In this document: positions 8,266 through 15,015 of the stretch, piece after piece
Layout of the letters: every line of letters begins with the position of its first letter
How positions within the stretch are numbered: the stretch's first letter is position 1
Assembly: GCA_943789275.1 (NCBI GenBank)
Contig: CALSTM010000003.1
Location: 510,001 to 542,000, forward strand
Source: Candidatus Poseidoniaceae archaeon
GTDB lineage: Archaea; Thermoplasmatota; Poseidoniia; Poseidoniales; Poseidoniaceae
Direction: 5' to 3'
Length of the DNA: 32,000 bases
Notes under the pieces: model-generated
The model's database searches: none
What the model saw: the letters and a program-made list of their open reading frames with translations, nothing else
Told to the model about the DNA's origin: nothing
Translations under genes and position numbers: made by a program

Positions 8266-9897
8266 ATGAAGTACGTTGTTGTTAGCGGAGGAGTCCTTTC
8301 TGGATTAGGAAAGGGAGTGACTGCAAGCAGCATCGGCGTGTTGCTCAAAAGTGCAGGACTGCGAGTCACATCTTTGAAAATCGACCCGTATTTGAACAGC
8401 GATGCTGGAACCATGTCTCCGTTTGAACACGGTGAAGTATTCGTTTTGGATGACGGTGGCGAGGTCGATCTTGACCTTGGAAACTATGAGCGTTTCCTCG
8501 ATATTAATCTGGGTAAGGACAACAACGTCACAACCGGAAAAATTTACTCCAAAGTCATCGAGGCGGAACGCCGTGGTGATTACCTGGGAAAGACCGTTCA
8601 AGTCATTCCACATGTGACCGATGCGGTTCAAGACTGGTTGGAAGAAGTGGCTCATCGGCCTGCAGACGGCAGCGAATCGCCTCCGGATGCATGCATTGTC
8701 GAACTTGGTGGAACGGTCGGTGACATCGAATCCGCACCTTACATCGAAGCCTTGCGTCAATTCCAATTCCGTGTAGGCAGGGAAAACGTGACCTTTGTAC
8801 ACGTGTCTCTTGTTCCTGTCATGGGGCCAGTTGGCGAACAGAAAACCAAACCAACCCAACACACGGTGAAGGAATTGCGAGGTTTAGGTATCACGCCAGA
8901 CATTCTCGTTTGCCGTTCATCAGCACCTCTTACCAAAGAGACAAGAGAAAAATTGGCTGCCTTTTGCCATGTATCTCCTGAGGCAGTTATGTCAACCCAC
9001 GACGTCCCAAACATCTACCACGTCCCACTGATGTTGGAAGAACAGGGACTTTGCGACATCATGAATGTTGATTCTGATGCCACTGACTTGCTGAAGAAGT
9101 GGAAAGTCATGGCCCACCACCTTGACACTTTAACCGAAGAAGTCCAGATTGCCATGGTCGGTAAATACACTGACTTGTCCGACGCATACCTTTCGGTGAT
9201 CAAGAGCTTACAGCATGCTGCTATGGCTGTTGACCGCAAACTTACCATCAACTGGATTGAAGCGAGTCATCTTGAGTCCGATTGGGAAAACAGCAATGAA
9301 CGCGACAATGCATGGTCATTGCTCAAGCAGTCCGCTGGAGTATTGGTCCCAGGAGGATTCGGAGACCGGGGTGTTGAAGGAAAGATTTTGGCAGCGGAAT
9401 ACGCTCGTACAAGTTCAACTCCGTACCTTGGTATTTGCCTTGGTCTACAAGTTGCAGCCATTGAGTTCTGTCGAAATGTTCTCGGATTTGAGGATTCAAA
9501 TTCGACTGAGTTCGATGAGAATTGCAAGAACCCAGCCGTTGTCTTCATGCCAGAAATCTCCAAAACTCACCTTGGTGGCACAATGCGGCTGGGTAGCCGT
9601 CCAACTTTGTGGCAAGTCGATGATTGTAAGATACGCCAATTGTACGGCGAAGGGGATTCAGTTGATGAACGTCATCGCCATCGATACGAAGTCAACCCCG
9701 ACATGATCGAAGCGATTGAATCGGCTGGACTCATCTTTGTTGGTAAAGACGAAACAGGTCAGCGTTGCGAAATATTCGAACTTGAAGGCCACCCGTATTA
9801 CGTCGGCGTTCAATACCATCCCGAGTTCAAGAGTCGGCCAGGTCGTCCAAGCCCACCGTTCCTCGGTTTGCTCAAGGCATCAACCGGTCAACTTTGA
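8266..9897 (+). CDS. pyrG: CTP synthase (glutamine-hydrolysing), eukaryote-like sequence type
   Basis: Carries [41 protein letters not shown] and EQKTKPTQH. The glutaminase domain shows [17 protein letters not shown] and VQYHPEF. The start was chosen by homology; the track start at 8197 adds 23 non-homologous residues. Confidence 0.97.
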   Translation: MKYVVVSGGVLSGLGKGVTASSIGVLLKSAGLRVTSLKIDPYLNSDAGTMSPFEHGEVFVLDDGGEVDLDLGNYERFLDINLGKDNNVTTGKIYSKVIEAERRGDYLGKTVQVIPHVTDAVQDWLEEVAHRPADGSESPPDACIVELGGTVGDIESAPYIEALRQFQFRVGRENVTFVHVSLVPVMGPVGEQKTKPTQHTVKELRGLGITPDILVCRSSAPLTKETREKLAAFCHVSPEAVMSTHDVPNIYHVPLMLEEQGLCDIMNVDSDATDLLKKWKVMAHHLDTLTEEVQIAMVGKYTDLSDAYLSVIKSLQHAAMAVDRKLTINWIEASHLESDWENSNERDNAWSLLKQSAGVLVPGGFGDRGVEGKILAAEYARTSSTPYLGICLGLQVAAIEFCRNVLGFEDSNSTEFDENCKNPAVVFMPEISKTHLGGTMRLGSRPTLWQVDDCKIRQLYGEGDSVDERHRHRYEVNPDMIEAIESAGLIFVGKDETGQRCEIFELEGHPYYVGVQYHPEFKSRPGRPSPPFLGLLKASTGQL

Positions 9898-9898
9898 T

Positions 9899-11095
9899 TC
9901 AGGCCTCTTCGATGCGAATGAGCCGTGTGGTTCTGAAACCTTGCAGTATTTTGATGAAACGCTTGGTTTGGAACACTTGGTCCAATTCCACCTCGCCGGT
10001 GTCGATACGTACGGCGTTGAGTCCAATCAATTTGGCAGGAGTAGCAACACCGAGAATGTTGTCAATTCCAATCATTCGCAAGACATCTGGAGACAGTTGT
10101 AGATTTCCTCTTCCAATGAGGAAACCTTGTCCTCCCATTGGTGAGAGCAACAGCAATCGTGGCCTTTCATTGCCGCTTTCATCGACGTGCTGCGCAATAA
10201 CTTCGAGCAGTTGTTGTTCGTTGAGGTCGGTATGTGCTTGGCGTTCACCGTTTTCAGACGGTCCAAGAACATCGATTCCCAACAGTGTGAGTTCTTCTCC
10301 GCAGAACTCTCCCATTCGCCGAAGCGTGCCTCCACTGCCCCATATCACCATCAGGTCGTCTTGACTCGAGAGTAAGGATTCGACATGCTGTGCGAGACCT
10401 TCGATGGTATCGGCCTCACTTGTCCGTTCTACCTGTTCTTTAGCGCCTTGCATGAATCGAGGGCTTGAAGGCGTCCATGCTTCACCGTACATTCGGACTT
10501 TCCATATGCCTTCTTGGTAGATTTCCTCATCCAAATCCATGACTTCTGTGATGGCGCATCGTAAATCGCCAAGTAGGAACGCCAGTGTAACTTCAGCAGC
10601 TGCTTTTGGGGTAGTAGCAAAACATCCAGAGTGCATTTTGACTCCACCCGGTACACCGATGAGCGGTATTTCTTGAGCATCCTTGCCGATGCTTTCCAGA
10701 GTGTTAGCGATGTCTCGTGTCGTGCCATCACCTCCAGCATACAGAAGAGCTTCTGCACCCCCGTCAACCAAATCACGAACCAGTTGACTTGTTTCTTCGA
10801 CTGAAGTTTCTGCGGGCGTCGAGCCAATGCTCGTGAAGGTCATTTTTTCTGATGGTTCGGGTACCCAAGTACCGCCCATACGGCCGCTCCAGCCAAGGCA
10901 TTCGAGGTCAACATCGCTGCGATTAAGAGAACTGGATAAGAGCGATTGGAGGGCATCAAGTGCGAGTTTCATACGAGGTCCAGCACGGTCTTCAGCTCCA
11001 GCAGCACGGGCTTCTGCAGCACGCCCATCGCTGCCTTTGAACCCGAGGCGGCCTCCAAGACCAGCGTCTGGGTTGACCACGATTCCGATGCGCAT
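9899..11095 (-). CDS. ATP-NAD kinase-like protein (COG3199-type predicted polyphosphate/ATP NAD kinase)
   Basis: The N-terminus MRIGIVVNPDAGLGGRLGFKGSDG and the motif LLYAGGDGTTRDI (GGDGT of the NAD kinase / DAG kinase fold) are present. Size is ~400 aa, as in archaeal COG3199 proteins. Confidence 0.65.
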   Translation of the reverse strand: MRIGIVVNPDAGLGGRLGFKGSDGRAAEARAAGAEDRAGPRMKLALDALQSLLSSSLNRSDVDLECLGWSGRMGGTWVPEPSEKMTFTSIGSTPAETSVEETSQLVRDLVDGGAEALLYAGGDGTTRDIANTLESIGKDAQEIPLIGVPGGVKMHSGCFATTPKAAAEVTLAFLLGDLRCAITEVMDLDEEIYQEGIWKVRMYGEAWTPSSPRFMQGAKEQVERTSEADTIEGLAQHVESLLSSQDDLMVIWGSGGTLRRMGEFCGEELTLLGIDVLGPSENGERQAHTDLNEQQLLEVIAQHVDESGNERPRLLLLSPMGGQGFLIGRGNLQLSPDVLRMIGIDNILGVATPAKLIGLNAVRIDTGEVELDQVFQTKRFIKILQGFRTTRLIRIEEA

Positions 11096-11184
11096 GCATG
11101 TGGCAGAGTATTCACCTTCAAGAAGACCTGCATTGAATGCTTAAGCGTCGATGACATCAAAAAACCCCCATTCATCGAAGTGCT

Positions 11185-11925
11185 ATGCGCACCCCGGCAC
11201 GTCGTCGCCTTGCCCTTGTTCTCACGGTCGGTTTTACCACACTGTGGCTCGCAGCAGGATACATTACATGGGTGATGAACGGATGTAAGGCTTACATGCC
11301 GTTCATTTCAGATTTTGATCTGTATGAGCCGGGTGATACGATTTTCACCGTTGGGACTTTTGTGACTGGCTATCTTGTGTTTTGGATTATCATGGAGATT
11401 CATTCCATGAACATGAAACGTATTCAATCAGCCGGCCACCATACCTTTTGGCATGGTGTTAACCATCTGGCTGTTTTCCCAGGATTGATTGGAGCGTTCT
11501 CGTGCATTCGAATCGGTAGTGTTCCATGGGATACCGACGGTCCGATGCACGGTCATTATGCCTTTGACATCTTTACTTTTGGAGTCTATTGGTGTCTGTT
11601 GATTACAGCAGTTACGGTACGCATTTGGTGGAATCACCCGCGTTTCCGAACCGTCATCGGCCTGCGCATTTTAGCAGCACTCTCGGCCTTTGTCGGATTG
11701 TTTCAGTTGATTGCAACACAATCGCAGGTGTGGGGTCCAGACTTTGACTGGGATACATACAACGCTTTGACCAGTGATATGATGGCTTTCTGCACCAGTT
11801 CACCCTATCCAATGCTCAATGTTTCTGCGGTTTGGGAATACGTCTTGGTGTTTGGAATACTGGGGACCATTCTTTCGTTTTTACCCGAAGTGGACTTTGA
11901 CGATTCAAGCCTCGAGGAAGAATGA
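11185..11925 (+). CDS. Six-TM membrane protein resembling the Frag1/DRAM/Sfk1 family
   Basis: TM1 is followed by AYMPFISDFDLYEPGDTIFTVGTFVTGYL. This parallels the family signature seen in human DRAM1/TMEM150 ([20 protein letters not shown]). A later GPMHGHYAFDIFTFGVYW block is present, with about 6 hydrophobic helices overall. Assigned by eye only. Confidence 0.5.
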   Translation: MRTPARRRLALVLTVGFTTLWLAAGYITWVMNGCKAYMPFISDFDLYEPGDTIFTVGTFVTGYLVFWIIMEIHSMNMKRIQSAGHHTFWHGVNHLAVFPGLIGAFSCIRIGSVPWDTDGPMHGHYAFDIFTFGVYWCLLITAVTVRIWWNHPRFRTVIGLRILAALSAFVGLFQLIATQSQVWGPDFDWDTYNALTSDMMAFCTSSPYPMLNVSAVWEYVLVFGILGTILSFLPEVDFDDSSLEEE

Positions 11926-11946
11926 ACATCTGACGCAAGGATTGAT

Positions 11947-12294
11947 GTGCCCTGCTTACTTTGTCGGAGTATGAACAGAAGCGGGCGTGAGTTGCCGAGT
12001 CTCGAGGATACGCTTGCCAAAGGGTTCGCATCCATGCATTCAGAAGAGGAGACTGTTGAGGCTGAGCAGCCTGAGGAAATCCACGTTCAGCAAGAACCCG
12101 CAGAGCCCGCTGTCAAACCGGATTACAGTAAACCAACTCAGTTGGTCGAAAACCGTTCAAGTTTTACCGTTTCAAGCGCACAAAAAGTACCCGCCACCGA
12201 ACCAGCCGACGACGAAACAGCAGCTCCGGATGCCGTTGAAGTATTGGAGAAGCCGACCAGCACGCTCGGTGATGATTTCGATGTTGAATGGTAG
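11947..12294 (+). CDS. Hypothetical small acidic, probably disordered protein
   Basis: 115-codon ORF starting at GTG 11947 with AAGGA 5 nt upstream; alternative ATGs at 11971 and 12034. Composition is E/P/A/D/T-rich (EEETVEAEQPEEIHVQQEPAEPAVKPD...), ending DDFDVEW. It fills the gap between two membrane-protein genes on the same strand. No family recognised. Confidence 0.4.
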   Translation: MPCLLCRSMNRSGRELPSLEDTLAKGFASMHSEEETVEAEQPEEIHVQQEPAEPAVKPDYSKPTQLVENRSSFTVSSAQKVPATEPADDETAAPDAVEVLEKPTSTLGDDFDVEW

Positions 12295-12338
12295 GATTTC
12301 ATACAGGCACTTATCAGTAAACACCGTTACGGGCGCTT

Positions 12339-12890
12339 ATGGAAGTCACGCGAAAATTTGTACGAATTTTCATTCTTATCTTTGGGACACTGGTTCTGGT
12401 CTCGTATGTTTATGGCCTCTCCCATGCATCGGACACCGAAGCACTCTGGGGTGGAATTCCTTGGTCGCAAGCACAAATGATTGTACCGTTCATGTTCCTG
12501 GCAGCGTTCGGTTTTCTGACGTACTGGTGGACTGTTCTTTACCAAAACGATGTTTCCATGATGGACGCACTGCGATGGCCATGGGGCGAATCTGACGGCG
12601 GCGGAGGTGCTCGCTTATTGCTTGCATTTGCATTGCTGGTCATCCCCTCGGCACTGTGGCTTGAGGCGACCATCTATCACTTGGACAACGATTACAGTTG
12701 GACGCCAATTTTAGTGGTGGGTGTTTTGCTGTTGGCTTGTGTTGGAAACATCATGATGGGTTTACTGGCTTATTCAGCGTATGTCGACGAAGTTCCAGGC
12801 GGAAAAAGAATGCTGCTTGGTTCGATATTACTCGGTATTCAATGCATTCTTTTTGATGGCATTTATTGGAACTTGAAATTCCCGTGGTGA
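12339..12890 (+). CDS. Hypothetical Trp-rich integral membrane protein (about 5-6 TM)
   Basis: 183-aa ORF with alternating hydrophobic helices (IFILIFGTLVLVSYVYGL, MIVPFMFLAAFGFLTYWW, LLLAFALLVIPSALWL, ILVVGVLLLACVGNIMMGLLAY, LLGSILLGIQCILF). No family recognised. Confidence 0.6.
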   Translation: MEVTRKFVRIFILIFGTLVLVSYVYGLSHASDTEALWGGIPWSQAQMIVPFMFLAAFGFLTYWWTVLYQNDVSMMDALRWPWGESDGGGGARLLLAFALLVIPSALWLEATIYHLDNDYSWTPILVVGVLLLACVGNIMMGLLAYSAYVDEVPGGKRMLLGSILLGIQCILFDGIYWNLKFPW

Positions 12891-12894
12891 AGGG

Positions 12895-12928
12895 CTCTCA
12901 AACCCGTGCCACTTTTGCCGTTTGAGAG
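12895..12928 (+). terminator. 9-bp perfect stem-loop 5 nt after the stop of the upstream membrane-protein gene (possible terminator or RNA-stability hairpin)
   Basis: CTCTCAAAC (12895-12903) pairs with GTTTGAGAG (12920-12928) across a 16-nt loop containing CTTTTG. There is no T-run after the stem, so a terminator function is uncertain. Confidence 0.3.
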
Positions 12929-12946
12929 TGATGGTTTGATGAAGGG

Positions 12947-12975
12947 CTTCCAACCCCGTAGGGGTTGAAGGAGAG
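12947..12975 (+). promoter_or_regulatory. Hairpin whose 3' arm overlaps the thrS Shine-Dalgarno-like sequence
   Basis: CTTC(C)AACCCC-GTA-GGGGTTGAAG: 12952-12957 pairs with 12961-12966, and 12947-12950 pairs with 12967-12970, with one bulged C. GAAGGAG (12967-12973) lies 8 nt before the thrS ATG at 12982. Confidence 0.35.
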
Positions 12976-12981
12976 CACCGT

Positions 12982-15006
12982 ATGACACTCATCAACATCA
13001 CCCTGCCAGATGGAACGGTTAACGAATACGCTGCAGGCATAACGTGCGCAGAGGTGATTACCGATGCACTGGGCCGTAAACACGGCTGTTTAGCGGCTCG
13101 TATAGATGGCGAGGAATGCGACTTGTCTCGCATGCTCGACACCGATTGTGCGGTCGAAGGTATTCTTACCGATTCGGATGAAGGCATCCACATTCTGCGC
13201 CACAGTGCTTCTCACCTTTTGGCCCAGGCAGTTATGGCGCTTTATCCAGACGCAAAACCAACGATTGGTCCAGCGATTGATCGAGGTTTTTACTATGATT
13301 TTGCCATGGAACCCATCGCTGAGTCTGACCTTAAGCCAATCCAAAAGAAGATGCAAGAAATCGCTCGAAAGAACTTCACCGTTGAGCGCGTGGAATTAAG
13401 CGACGAGGAGTTGCAACAGCACTTTGCTCACAACCCGTACAAACTTGAAATCATCAACGATAAAATCGAAGACGGCGGTGGTTCGACCATCTACAAGCAA
13501 GACGAATGGTACGATTTGTGCCTCGGACCTCACGTTCCAAACACTTCTCGATTGATGCATGTTAAACTCACCAGCATCTCTTCAGCGTACTGGCGAGGTG
13601 ACCAAGACCGAGAGCAACTGGTGCGTATTTACGGCATCGTAGAACCGAGTAAAGAGGCATTGCGAGCAACACTGACTCGCCTCGAAGAAGCCAAGAAGCG
13701 CGACCATCGAAAGTTGGGGAAGGATTTGCAATTGTTCCACATCGATGAAGAAGTCGGTCAAGGTTTGATTCTCTGGACACCTCGTGGCGCTGTTATCCGT
13801 CAAGAGTTGCAGGATTTCATTTCCTATCATCTTCGCCGCCAAGGCTATTCTCAAGTCTTTACACCGCACGTCGGGAAACTCGACCTGTACCGCACATCCG
13901 GCCATTTCCCTTACTATCAAGACTCTCAGTACCCACCTATGGTCGAACGAGACTTGATGAACAAACTTGCTGATGAGGGTTGTACCTGTGGTGATTTATC
14001 GAATTTGATGAAGAGCGGTGACATCGATGGATACATGCTTAAACCGATGAATTGCCCCCACCACGTCAAGATTTACGCTTCACAAATGCGTTCATACAGG
14101 GATTTACCGCTTCGCCTTGCTGAGTTCGGAACCGTCTATCGATGGGAGCAATCCGGTGAAATTTCGGGTATGACTCGAGTTCGTGGGTTTACTCAAGACG
14201 ATGCTCACTTGTTCGTCACCGAAGAACAAATCGCTGAAGAAGTGCTTGGCTGCATTGAACTGGTTCAGATTATTTTTGACAAATTAGGTATGACCGATTA
14301 CCGTGTTCGAGTTGGTCTTCGTGACCTTGACTCTGACAAGTATGTTGGCGACCCAGCGCGTTGGGATAAAGCCGAAGACGCTTGCCGTGCAGCTGCAGAA
14401 TCTCTTGGAGTCCAATGGTCTGAAGAACAGGGTGAAGCCGCTTTTTACGGTCCAAAAATTGACTTTGTCGTGAAGGATGTTATCGGACGAGAATGGCAAC
14501 TTGGAACCGTTCAAGTCGATTACAACCTGCCTGAACGGTTTGGTTTGGAATACAAGGGAAGCGACGGCGAATTGCACCGCCCAGTGATGATTCATCGAGC
14601 ACCTTTTGGTTCTATGGAGCGTTTCTGTGGAGTTTTGATTGAACACTTTGCCGGTAAGTTCCCTACATGGCTCACACCAACACAGTGTCACATTATCACC
14701 ATTTCAGAGAAGCATACAGCTTACGCTGACGAAGTTGCTCAACTCCTACGGGACAATGGAATTCGTGTTGAGATCGATAACGGCGACGATACCATTGGTA
14801 AGAAAATCCGTACCCACCGCAAGATGCAACCAGCCTACATGGTCATTTTGGGCGACGGCGAAATCGAATCTCGAAGTGTGAGTCTGCGTGCACGAAACGG
14901 CGACCAAGTCAGCGGTATCCCACTGGAGAGGTTTTTGACCGATTTGAAACATGAAATTGAGGAAAAGGTTTCTCAACCCGCATTGGCAGTCAACAGCGAA
15001 GACTGA
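12982..15006 (+). CDS. thrS: Threonyl-tRNA synthetase, bacterial-type (TGS + N2 editing domain + class II core + anticodon-binding domain)
   Basis: TGS domain: ITLPDGTVNEY. Editing domain: HSASHLLAQAV and GPAIDRGFYYDF. Core: LILWTPRG, MNCPHHVKIY, YRWEQSGEISGMTRVRGFTQDDAHLF and HRAPFGSMERF. Confidence 0.97.
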   Translation: MTLINITLPDGTVNEYAAGITCAEVITDALGRKHGCLAARIDGEECDLSRMLDTDCAVEGILTDSDEGIHILRHSASHLLAQAVMALYPDAKPTIGPAIDRGFYYDFAMEPIAESDLKPIQKKMQEIARKNFTVERVELSDEELQQHFAHNPYKLEIINDKIEDGGGSTIYKQDEWYDLCLGPHVPNTSRLMHVKLTSISSAYWRGDQDREQLVRIYGIVEPSKEALRATLTRLEEAKKRDHRKLGKDLQLFHIDEEVGQGLILWTPRGAVIRQELQDFISYHLRRQGYSQVFTPHVGKLDLYRTSGHFPYYQDSQYPPMVERDLMNKLADEGCTCGDLSNLMKSGDIDGYMLKPMNCPHHVKIYASQMRSYRDLPLRLAEFGTVYRWEQSGEISGMTRVRGFTQDDAHLFVTEEQIAEEVLGCIELVQIIFDKLGMTDYRVRVGLRDLDSDKYVGDPARWDKAEDACRAAAESLGVQWSEEQGEAAFYGPKIDFVVKDVIGREWQLGTVQVDYNLPERFGLEYKGSDGELHRPVMIHRAPFGSMERFCGVLIEHFAGKFPTWLTPTQCHIITISEKHTAYADEVAQLLRDNGIRVEIDNGDDTIGKKIRTHRKMQPAYMVILGDGEIESRSVSLRARNGDQVSGIPLERFLTDLKHEIEEKVSQPALAVNSED

Positions 15007-15015
15007 GGTTTTATC

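Noticed and set aside
8136-8414. 93-aa N-terminal extension of the tdh ORF (track start 8414)
   Set aside because: The extension has no similarity to Tdh N-termini and would overlap about 150 nt of pyrG coding sequence. ATG 8135 has a good GAGAGGGGA site, and the protein then begins where homologues do.
11987-12595. 202-aa + strand ORF bridging the acidic ORF and the 12339 membrane-protein gene
   Set aside because: It overlaps both neighbours out of frame. Its basic, Ser/Arg-rich composition is atypical for this genome. The membrane-protein frame has convincing TM helices.
12952-12966. thrS leader hairpin loop as a tRNA-Thr anticodon-arm mimic (CGU present in CCCCGUAGGGG)
   Set aside because: If the stem breathes to a 7-nt loop, the central triplet is GUA, not a Thr anticodon, and U33 is missing. 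The mimicry idea is unsupported; only SD occlusion is retained.
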